In this document: one piece after another, positions 1-7,518 of the stretch | Layout: every line of letters starts with the position of its first letter | Numbering within the stretch: the stretch's first letter is position 1 | Assembly: GCA_946619915.1 (NCBI GenBank) | Contig: CAMOMP010000008.1 | Location: 5,995 to 69,994 of the forward strand | DNA from: an uncultured Prevotellaceae bacterium | Lineage (GTDB): Bacteria; Bacteroidota; Bacteroidia; Bacteroidales; Bacteroidaceae | DNA: 64,000 nucleotides | Reading direction: 5' to 3' | Position numbers and translations under genes: made by a program | The notes under the pieces: generated by a model | Seen by the model: the letters and a program-made list of their open reading frames with translations, nothing else | The model's database searches: none | What the model was told of the DNA's origin: nothing

Positions 1-229
1 TATATCTGTTTTGTTTGTTAATTTCCCGTTTTTTTATCACTTAAGCATCGCAAAGATATATCAATTTTTATAAACAAGGTAATATCAGAAACGCTTTTTG
101 CTAATATTTAACAGAACAACAACATCATTAACGGTTGTTAAACGCTAAAGAGGGCCTAATTTACATTCGTTTACTTACATTACGTGAGATATTTTTTCAA
201 AAAATAAAGGTACATACAAGTTTTCTTTG

Positions 230-237
230 TACTTTTG
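230..237 (+). promoter_or_regulatory. Bacteroidota -7 promoter box (TAnnTTTG) for RNase P RNA
   Basis: TACTTTTG lies 13 nt upstream of the rnpB 5' end. Confidence 0.5.
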
Positions 238-249
238 CATCCAGAATTA

Positions 250-626
250 GGCAGTAAACCGGCTTGTCGCTAACTCTGTCAGCAATGAGAGGGCGAGAGG
301 AAAGTCCGGGCAACACAGGGCATCCCGCTTCCTAACGGAAAGAGATTCGCAAGGGTCTGTAAATGCAGAAGAAAATAACCGCCTTTTAATTAAGGTAAGG
401 GTGAGAAGGTAGGGTAAGAGCCTACCAGGTTGGTGGTGACATCAACGCTGTGCATTCCGGGAGTTGAAAGTTCATGTATACCAGCGAACAAAAGAGAAGG
501 CGGCCCGTCTGAGCTGGAGGGTAGAACGATAGAGGTCTGCGGTGACGTAGGTCGTAGATAAATGACAAGCACTTTTTCTCCTCAAAAAGGGTAAAAGCAC
601 AGAACCCGGCTTACAAGTTTACTGCC
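250..626 (+). ncRNA. rnpB: RNase P RNA, bacterial type A
   Basis: Universal GAGGAAAGTCCGGGC motif at about 297-311. P1 pairing of 5' GGCAGTAAAC with 3' GTTTACTGCC. ACAGAACCCGGCTTA near the 3' end. Confidence 0.9.
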
Positions 627-651
627 TTTTTCTGTTTTTAAACTGACAAGG

Positions 652-1926
652 ATGAGAAACCTAGACTATATATGGAACATCAACGAGCAGAAGCTCTCCA
701 CGTATAAGAGATGGAGGCTCAGGATGTTGAAGAGAGGCATCATCATTACGGAATGTATCATGAAGAGCAACCTCATGAGTTATGCCTCTGCCCTGACATA
801 CAACTGCATGTTGGCAGCTGTGCCCGTATTGGCCATCATCTTTGCCATAGCCAAAGGATTCGGATTCGACAATTTTTTGGAAGAGCGCATACGTACCTCG
901 CTGGAGATTAACCCAGAGATTCTGGACACCATCCTAGGCTTTGTCGATTCCTATCTGCAACACACAAAGAGCGGCGTTTTCCTGGGTGTAGGCTTGGTCT
1001 TCTTGCTCTACACTCTGCTGTCCCTGACTACTAACATCGAGACGGCCTTTAACACCATCTGGTTTGTAAAATCATCGCGCAACATATACAAAAAGATTAC
1101 GGATTATATCAGCGTATTCATCCTGCTACCCTTTATCATCATTATCCTGAGCGGTCTGAATATGGCACTAATGACATTCAAAAGTTTGATTCCTGAGTAC
1201 GAATACCTAAGCAACACTCTGGGAACCATCCTGCAAATGTCGCCCGTAGTACTTATCTGCATCGCCTTCATACTGCTTTACAAACTGATGCCCAACACGC
1301 ACGTCAAATTCAAGAACGTGATAGTACCAGGTATTCTGGCAGGCATAACCTTCACCGTTATCCAGTACCTGTATATACATTATCAGATCAAGCTGAGTAG
1401 CTACAACGCCATCTACGGTTCGTTTGCCGCCCTACCCCTTTTCATGTTGTTACTGCAGATTTCCTGGAGCATCTGCCTGATAGGCGGAGAGCTGTGCTAT
1501 GCCAACCAGTGCATGGAGAACTACGCTTTCGAGCGACAGAGTTTCGACCTTAGCCGACGCTACCGCGACACCATCTGCCTGCTGCTTATGAGCAAGATTT
1601 GTAAGCGTTTTGCCAACGGAGATTCCGCCTATTCTGCACGTACGCTGGCCAAGGACACACAGCTACCCGAGACGGTAGTCAGAATCCTGCTGGACGAGTT
1701 GGCTAACATGCGACTGCTGGTGGAAACACACAACGAAGCAGACAACGTATCACTATACCTGCCTGCTGTGGACATTCATCGTATGACACTAAAAATGGTA
1801 ATCAAGCACATAGACAGCTTTGGCTCTGAGGCCACCTCACACACATGGAGAATGAATGCCCCTGAATGGGAAAGGCTGCGTACGCTAAGATACCACGACA
1901 GGGATACATTATTAATTGACGTTTAA
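652..1926 (+). CDS. YihY/BrkB-family inner-membrane protein
   Basis: SYASALTYNCMLAAVPVLAIIFAIAKGF signature region, about 6 TM helices and a C-terminal soluble extension. Start uncertain (alternative ATG at 760). Confidence 0.75.
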   Translation: MRNLDYIWNINEQKLSTYKRWRLRMLKRGIIITECIMKSNLMSYASALTYNCMLAAVPVLAIIFAIAKGFGFDNFLEERIRTSLEINPEILDTILGFVDSYLQHTKSGVFLGVGLVFLLYTLLSLTTNIETAFNTIWFVKSSRNIYKKITDYISVFILLPFIIIILSGLNMALMTFKSLIPEYEYLSNTLGTILQMSPVVLICIAFILLYKLMPNTHVKFKNVIVPGILAGITFTVIQYLYIHYQIKLSSYNAIYGSFAALPLFMLLLQISWSICLIGGELCYANQCMENYAFERQSFDLSRRYRDTICLLLMSKICKRFANGDSAYSARTLAKDTQLPETVVRILLDELANMRLLVETHNEADNVSLYLPAVDIHRMTLKMVIKHIDSFGSEATSHTWRMNAPEWERLRTLRYHDRDTLLIDV

Positions 1927-1939
1927 ACTTATATACATT

Positions 1940-2083
1940 ATGATATTGAAAATATTACTCAGCTGGTTTACTTTCGTCCTTATTGTTTATATTGCAATGT
2001 GGTTCGAGACCATTTATTACAAAAAGAACCTGCCTGCCGTATTCCAGAAGTTGCTCATGGCCTTTACAGAAGAAGAGGAATAA
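1940..2083 (+). CDS. Possible 47-aa single-TM small protein, below the ORF-track cutoff
   Basis: ATG at 1940, 14 nt after the YihY stop: MILKILLSWFTFVLIVYIAMWFETIYYKKNLPAVFQKLLMAFTEEEE. Followed directly by a hairpin terminator. Confidence 0.35.
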   Translation: MILKILLSWFTFVLIVYIAMWFETIYYKKNLPAVFQKLLMAFTEEEE

Positions 2084-2089
2084 AACAAT

Positions 2090-2116
2090 AAAGCCTTCGC
2101 AGCATGCGAAGGCTTT
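2090..2116. terminator. Bidirectional hairpin terminator between convergent genes
   Basis: AAAGCCTTCGC-loop-GCGAAGGCTTT. Confidence 0.6.
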
Positions 2117-2140
2117 ACTATTATACAGATAACGTTTCCG

Positions 2141-2986
2141 TTAACCCTTCTTTATCAGGAAGATCATTGATGTTACAGTAGCCAAAGTACTGATAATGGT
2201 TGCTCCTGCCGTCCAGAACGTATAGAAAGCACTGCTCTTGATACTCTGGCTCTTGTTGGGCTCAACATAAATCAGGTCGTTCTGCTGCACATAATAACCA
2301 GGACTCTCGAAGACATTTGACTTTGTAAGGTCCATCTCATACATCATACGCTGACCGTCAACCTCTCGGAAGAGTTTGATTTTCTGACGTAAACCCGTGT
2401 CAGCAATATCACCACACTGTGACAACACGTCAAGTACCGTATTACGCTCACTGGTCAAACTTACCACTCTGGGACCCTTTACAGCGCCCAAAACAGCCAC
2501 ACGGGCATTCAGCAGATTAACAGTTACACCGGGGTCGGCAATATGATTCACTTCCTTTATTTTCTCCTCTATCTCCTTGGCGGCATCTACAGTTGTAAGG
2601 CCAGCCACATGAACCTTGCCTATAGAAGGAAGAACTACGTAACCATCGTTTGTAATAGTATATCCATATGCATTAGACATACCGCCAGAGGCACCTGATG
2701 AAACGTATGAAGAGTTGGTGCCACGACTTCCGCCGGAAGTACCCATCACAACATCCTGAGCAAACACTGAAAGCAAATCAGGCTCACTACATGTCACCTT
2801 AACCAGTATCTGGTCTGCAGGCTTCAGCTTCATCTCGTACTGCTGCAACACCTGCTGAGCTTGCGTATACAAAGAATCTGCGCCCTGAAAGTAAACAATT
2901 TTCTTAGTAGAGACACAACTGCACATCATTACAGCAAATGTCATGACAGAAAGAATAGAATAAAACTTTTTCATTTTATTAAACAT
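2141..2986 (-). CDS. Polysaccharide export lipoprotein (short Wza/OPX-like)
   Basis: Lipoprotein signal (..AVMMCSC), Poly_export-like N-terminal part (IVYFQG.., YEMKLKPADQILV) and SLBB-like DGYVVLPSIGKVHVAGLT. Start may be the ATG at 2974. Confidence 0.75.
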   Translation of the reverse strand: MFNKMKKFYSILSVMTFAVMMCSCVSTKKIVYFQGADSLYTQAQQVLQQYEMKLKPADQILVKVTCSEPDLLSVFAQDVVMGTSGGSRGTNSSYVSSGASGGMSNAYGYTITNDGYVVLPSIGKVHVAGLTTVDAAKEIEEKIKEVNHIADPGVTVNLLNARVAVLGAVKGPRVVSLTSERNTVLDVLSQCGDIADTGLRQKIKLFREVDGQRMMYEMDLTKSNVFESPGYYVQQNDLIYVEPNKSQSIKSSAFYTFWTAGATIISTLATVTSMIFLIKKG

Positions 2987-2996
2987 ATTTGCATGG

Positions 2997-3004
2997 CAAA
3001 GTTA
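2997..3004 (-). promoter_or_regulatory. -7 promoter box (TAACTTTG on the minus strand)
   Basis: CAAAGTTA on the plus strand, just upstream of the Wza-like gene. Confidence 0.4.
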
Positions 3005-3088
3005 ATGCTTTTATTCAATATCACTGCTATATAAGGTCGTTTTTTAGTAAAATAATGGTTCATTTGTGGATTTATGGCAAAATTTATA

Positions 3089-3096
3089 TACCTTTG
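3089..3096 (+). promoter_or_regulatory. -7 promoter box (TACCTTTG)
   Basis: 22 nt upstream of the ATG at 3118. Confidence 0.5.
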
Positions 3097-3117
3097 CAAC
3101 AAAACATTTTCAGATTT

Positions 3118-3537
3118 ATGACTATCGCAGTAGATTTTGACGGAACAATCGTTGAGCATAGATATCCCGAGATTGGCAGGGAAATTCCTTTTGCCACAGA
3201 GACCCTGAAGATGCTCATAAAGGAACATCACAAGCTTATTTTATGGAGCGTAAGGGAAGGAAAACTGTTGGACGATGCCGTAGAATGGTGTAGAGCCAGA
3301 GGCGTAGAGTTCTATGCCGTAAACAAGGATTTCCCCGAGGAGGACGTAGAGAAGAACATGCACTTCAGCAGAAAGCTGAAAGCCGATGTTTGGATTGACG
3401 ACAGAAACGTAGGCGGCCTACCCGACTGGGGAACTATCTACGAGATGATATCGAAGAAAAAGACCTACGAGCAAATACTGACAGAACAGCTAAGTGCCGA
3501 GCCAGAGAAGCCAAAGAAGAAATGGTGGCAGTTCTAA
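3118..3537 (+). CDS. HAD-superfamily phosphatase (small, BT0820-like)
   Basis: N-terminal DxDxT motif (AVDFDGTIV) and distal WIDDRN Asp motif. The internal ATG at 3118 was chosen because a promoter box lies inside the longer ORF. Confidence 0.7.
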   Translation: MTIAVDFDGTIVEHRYPEIGREIPFATETLKMLIKEHHKLILWSVREGKLLDDAVEWCRARGVEFYAVNKDFPEEDVEKNMHFSRKLKADVWIDDRNVGGLPDWGTIYEMISKKKTYEQILTEQLSAEPEKPKKKWWQF

Positions 3538-3549
3538 TAAAGAAACAAT

Positions 3550-3582
3550 AAAGCCTTGGGCTAATTGACGCCCAAGGCTTTT
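3550..3582. terminator. Bidirectional hairpin terminator
   Basis: AAAGCCTTGGGC-loop-GCCCAAGGCTTT followed by a T run. Confidence 0.6.
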
Positions 3583-3607
3583 CTATACCTTGTTTATATT
3601 ATAAGCA

Positions 3608-5158
3608 TTACTTAGCGTAAGAAACAGAGCGAGTCTCACGGATAACGGTTATCTTAACCTGACCGGGATAGGTCATCTCGTTCTGAATCTTTGTAGCGAT
3701 ATCAGTACTTAACTGCTCAGTCTGCTTGTCGTCAATCTTATCAGCACCAACGATTACACGCAGCTCACGACCAGCCTGGATAGCATAGGTCTTAACAACG
3801 CCAGGATAACTCATGGCAATGTTCTCGAGATCCTTCAGACGCTTGATGTAAGCCTCTACAATCTCACGGCGAGCACCAGGACGGGCACCACTGATAGCAT
3901 CACAAACCTGAACAATGGGAGCCAACAGAGTGGTCATCTCCATCTCGTCATGGTGTGCACCAATGGCATTGCAGATGTCTGCCTTCTCCTTGTACTTCTC
4001 TGCCAACTTGGCACCATACAATGCATGTGGCATTTCAGGCTCCTCATCGGGCACCTTACCAATATCATGCAACAGACCTGCACGCTTAGCCTTCTTGGGA
4101 TTCAAGCCCAACTCGCTGGCCATAACAGCACAGAGGTTGGCAGTCTCGCGAGCATGCTGCAACAGGTTCTGTCCGTAGCTGCTACGATACTTCATCTTGC
4201 CAATGATACGAATCAGCTCCGGGTGCAAACCATGCACACCAAGGTCTATGGTAGTACGCTTACCAGTCTCTATGATTTCCTCGTCAACCTGCTTCTTCAC
4301 CTTGGCAACCACCTCTTCGATGCGGGCTGGATGGATACGTCCGTCAGCCACAAGCTGATGCAAAGCTAGACGGCATATTTCACGTCTAACAGGGTCGAAA
4401 GCACTGATTACAATAGCCTCGGGAGTGTCATCCACCACGATTTCAACACCTGTGGCAGCCTCCAAAGCACGGATGTTACGTCCCTCACGGCCAATAATAC
4501 GACCCTTCACCTCGTCGTTCTCTATATGGAACACCGTCACACTGTTCTCTACAGCTGTTTCCGTTGCCACACGCTGAATGGTCTGAATTATGATGCGCTT
4601 TGCCTCCTTGTTGGCTGTCATCTTGGCATCATCCATAATCTCGTTGATATAAGCGGCTGCGCTTGTCTTAGCTTCATCCTTGAGGGACTCTATCAAGCGC
4701 TCGCGGGCCTCATCCACACTAAGACCCGAGATTTCCTCCAACTTGGTTCTCTCCTGCTCCAGCAGACGACCCATACGCTGTTCAACCTCCTCTTCTTTCT
4801 TCTGAAGAACAGCCTGCTGTGTCTCCAGACGAGTACGCAATGTATCTGACTCCTGCTTACGGCGGGTCAGTTCATCCTGTCTCTGATTAAGGCTCAGTTC
4901 TCTCTGCTTGGCTCTGTTCTCAGCCTGCTGAATCTGCTGATTACGTTGGCGAACCTCTTTCTCGAGCTCAGCTTTCTTGCTGATGAACTTCTCCTTAACT
5001 TCCAGTAATTTCTTTTGTTTGATTATCTCGGCTTCCTGCTCTGCCTCCTTGGCCATTCTTTTACGCTTGCTTGGTAATACAGAAAAATACCATATGCAAA
5101 AAAGGACTGCGAAGGATACTACTCCAAACACCAGGCCGTAAATAATATAAGGTATCAT
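3608..5158 (-). CDS. rny: Ribonuclease Y
   Basis: N-terminal TM helix, long charged coiled coil, KH domain ([15 protein letters not shown]) and HD domain (GLLHDIGK). Confidence 0.95.
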   Translation of the reverse strand: MIPYIIYGLVFGVVSFAVLFCIWYFSVLPSKRKRMAKEAEQEAEIIKQKKLLEVKEKFISKKAELEKEVRQRNQQIQQAENRAKQRELSLNQRQDELTRRKQESDTLRTRLETQQAVLQKKEEEVEQRMGRLLEQERTKLEEISGLSVDEARERLIESLKDEAKTSAAAYINEIMDDAKMTANKEAKRIIIQTIQRVATETAVENSVTVFHIENDEVKGRIIGREGRNIRALEAATGVEIVVDDTPEAIVISAFDPVRREICRLALHQLVADGRIHPARIEEVVAKVKKQVDEEIIETGKRTTIDLGVHGLHPELIRIIGKMKYRSSYGQNLLQHARETANLCAVMASELGLNPKKAKRAGLLHDIGKVPDEEPEMPHALYGAKLAEKYKEKADICNAIGAHHDEMEMTTLLAPIVQVCDAISGARPGARREIVEAYIKRLKDLENIAMSYPGVVKTYAIQAGRELRVIVGADKIDDKQTEQLSTDIATKIQNEMTYPGQVKITVIRETRSVSYAK

Positions 5159-5192
5159 GAATATTTAATGTTTGAATTATTAATTGGGGTCA

Positions 5193-5501
5193 TTAACTCT
5201 CTGATTTCTTCTCGAGTGCGGACTCCAACTCTGCAAGCAACGGCTTCAGACGACTGGCTATGGGCTCTATATCCATAGAAGTCTCTTGCTGCTTGACTTT
5301 AACAGCTATATCCAGAATAGTCATCACCAGGTACATCTCTGTACTCTGGCCAGGATAGCTGTTGGTATAAAAGTTGAACCTCTCCTTGATAAGCTTTTCT
5401 GCCTGTCTGTAAACGTATTCCTCTTCACGACGAACAGTCATAGGCAACGTCCAGCTGCCAAAACGGAGAGTTATTGATAAGGTATCACTTTGCTCAGCCA
5501 T
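5193..5501 (-). CDS. zapA: Cell division protein ZapA-like
   Basis: About 100 aa, ZapA-like N-terminal beta region plus helical tail, located immediately upstream of rny. Confidence 0.6.
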   Translation of the reverse strand: MAEQSDTLSITLRFGSWTLPMTVRREEEYVYRQAEKLIKERFNFYTNSYPGQSTEMYLVMTILDIAVKVKQQETSMDIEPIASRLKPLLAELESALEKKSES

Positions 5502-5505
5502 AATT

Positions 5506-5802
5506 TTATTCTACTTTAAGCATGGAGATACACCGGTCAACGTCACGCACCATCTTTCTGATACGGCCTCTGAGGTCTTTCACATCATCATCCGCCATAT
5601 CAATGTACTTAGCCATCTTCAGATGGGTATATTGTTCCTGGAGCTCTTCATTCTTCTGCTTCAACGACAAAATCTCTTCGTCACGTTCTTTCAGACGCGA
5701 CAAGAGATCCTTTTTCTCTTCCTGAGATTTACTGTACTGCATCAGCAATTGACGAGTACGTGTCTCAAGGCGAATAATCAGTTCTGTCAGTTTTGCATCC
5801 AT
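5506..5802 (-). CDS. Coiled-coil protein (ZapB-like, uncharacterised)
   Basis: 98 aa, heptad-rich (LSRLKERDEEILSLKQKNEELQEQ). Co-oriented with and 4 nt upstream of zapA. Confidence 0.5.
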   Translation of the reverse strand: MDAKLTELIIRLETRTRQLLMQYSKSQEEKKDLLSRLKERDEEILSLKQKNEELQEQYTHLKMAKYIDMADDDVKDLRGRIRKMVRDVDRCISMLKVE

Positions 5803-5831
5803 TTTCTATTAAAACTCCAACATTTCGAGGA

Positions 5832-5839
5832 CAAAGATA
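5832..5839 (-). promoter_or_regulatory. -7 promoter box (TATCTTTG on minus) for the zapA-rny operon
   Basis: CAAAGATA on the plus strand, 30 nt upstream of the ATG at 5802. Confidence 0.5.
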
Positions 5840-5864
5840 ACTTTTTTTTTATCTTTATGCAAAA

Positions 5865-6488
5865 TTATTCGTCACTATTTTTCTTTGGTTCCTTTTTTGC
5901 GAGCATAACAAGGGTGTAAACATATTCAGACATCCATGATTCCGAATAGCCAAGAGCCGCTTGATACTTCCTTACAGAAACACAGGTACGGCGTACGCCT
6001 TCATCCTTCCAACTCATCTTGGTCATTACCTCGTGAACCTGCTTCTCAACCATCTGACGCAGTGCATTCTTGAAGAAACCTGGCAAGCGGAACTTCCATT
6101 GCATAAGGTTACCCATCAGCATCATAAGGTCCTGGCTAAATCCCTGGAAGGTAATCAGATAACCCTGAACATCCTGCATCTTCTTACAGCGCTTCTTCAC
6201 ACTGCCGTCTATTTCCGCAAAGAAACCGTCACTGATATGGTAAATATCCTGCATCAGTTTGCGGCATTGCTTCTTCTCACCAATGCCCAACTTGTTATTT
6301 ACTGTTTGCACATGATAGGTTTGCTTGAAAATCCTAAGGTCAGGCAGGGCAGCCAAGTTGTTTATCCCCAACTGAGAAGCAATGGCCGACTGGTAATAAA
6401 CTCGAATCAGCAACATAAAATCCTCCATGCCGCCAATACGTGTTTCGGAGTCGGATTTCCGAGCAAACAATTTTGAAAATATCGACAT
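5865..6488 (-). CDS. Hypothetical protein, 207 aa
   Basis: Long ORF with no overlap. No motif recognised. Confidence 0.5.
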   Translation of the reverse strand: MSIFSKLFARKSDSETRIGGMEDFMLLIRVYYQSAIASQLGINNLAALPDLRIFKQTYHVQTVNNKLGIGEKKQCRKLMQDIYHISDGFFAEIDGSVKKRCKKMQDVQGYLITFQGFSQDLMMLMGNLMQWKFRLPGFFKNALRQMVEKQVHEVMTKMSWKDEGVRRTCVSVRKYQAALGYSESWMSEYVYTLVMLAKKEPKKNSDE

Positions 6489-6520
6489 AACTGTTGATTT
6501 CTTTTAAGTAAATATTCTGT

Positions 6521-7354
6521 TTAGTTCTTATCAAATATCGCTTTAACAAGGATTTTCACATCCAACCATAAAGACCAATTCTGCATGTACCAGACATCAG
6601 CATCTTTGCACCCGCGGCAATTCAGCATTCCAGGTTTGCCATAATTATAAGTGGATGGTAAGGCATCACCCGTTTCCTTTACAAATCGAAGGCCTACAAT
6701 AGACATACTGCCCCCGAACACATTCAAGAACTGAGGCAACTGACGAATCTGCTTTTTCTGAAGGAACGACTCAGCCGGAAGGTCTGCTGTACGGAAGCTT
6801 ATACGCTCAAAAAGCATGCCCCTTTTGCCCGCCTCTTTAGTGAAAGAGAAAACAGGCCCAGAACTCTTACGCTTGATGACAATTGCAGCCGCGATGTAAA
6901 TTAAGGGGAAAAATATTAACAGGAACAGACCACTCAGCAACAAATCAAAAAGGCGTTTCGCCATTCTGTTCCACCAATGACTGAGGGGCTCGCTAACAAG
7001 CGAGAGGAAAGAAAGGAACCCCACGTTTCTTACACGCATATTCTTCTGGAGAACGGAGAGTTCCGGCACGCAAAAGAACAATTCCACATCCCTTTCACGA
7101 CAGAAGGCCTCAAGAGTCGCCACGTCTGCCAGTTTAACTGCCGCAGATGCACAACAGACAGCACCAACATTATCCACCTCACTAAGAGACTCAGGCAAAA
7201 CTTCAGGCGACAAAACCCGCACCTGAGGAGCAATCCCCTGCCCGTTCAGTTCCGCTTGAATCTCAGTTGCCTCCTCGTCTGTTCCAACTATCAAAAATTC
7301 CTTATTGGGATTTTGCATCCCCTTATATAATATCCTCATTTTTTGAATTTGCAC
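6521..7354 (-). CDS. Bacterial sugar-transferase (monotopic PGT) homologue, probably catalytically inactive
   Basis: Re-entrant helix region KRLFDLLLSGLFLLIFFPLIYIAAAIVIK and LPQFLNVFGGSMSIVG match the PglC/WbaP family. The DE dyad reads RQ and GPRP reads GLRF. Confidence 0.65.
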   Translation of the reverse strand: MQIQKMRILYKGMQNPNKEFLIVGTDEEATEIQAELNGQGIAPQVRVLSPEVLPESLSEVDNVGAVCCASAAVKLADVATLEAFCRERDVELFFCVPELSVLQKNMRVRNVGFLSFLSLVSEPLSHWWNRMAKRLFDLLLSGLFLLIFFPLIYIAAAIVIKRKSSGPVFSFTKEAGKRGMLFERISFRTADLPAESFLQKKQIRQLPQFLNVFGGSMSIVGLRFVKETGDALPSTYNYGKPGMLNCRGCKDADVWYMQNWSLWLDVKILVKAIFDKN

Positions 7355-7467
7355 TCGTATTTTTGCAAAATTACAACAATTTAGACAACCACAGCTAAAC
7401 CCGAACGAAAAATATCACAAAATTCAAAAAATGTCCCAAAACCCTTCGCGCGTACAAATTATTTTAT

Positions 7468-7475
7468 TAACTTTG
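7468..7475 (+). promoter_or_regulatory. -7 promoter box (TAACTTTG)
   Basis: 44 nt upstream of the Wzc-like ATG at 7519. Confidence 0.5.
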
Positions 7476-7518
7476 CATGAAAATAGCATTGCATTATAAC
7501 TAATAAAAGAATAAAATC

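Noticed and set aside
390-572. 60-aa minus-strand ORF
   Set aside because: It lies entirely inside the RNase P RNA gene and is a chance ORF in a structured RNA.
2989-3117. N-terminal extension of the HAD phosphatase ORF
   Set aside because: The extension contains the plus-strand -7 box (3089-3096) and overlaps the divergent promoter region. The DxDxT motif follows immediately after the ATG at 3118.
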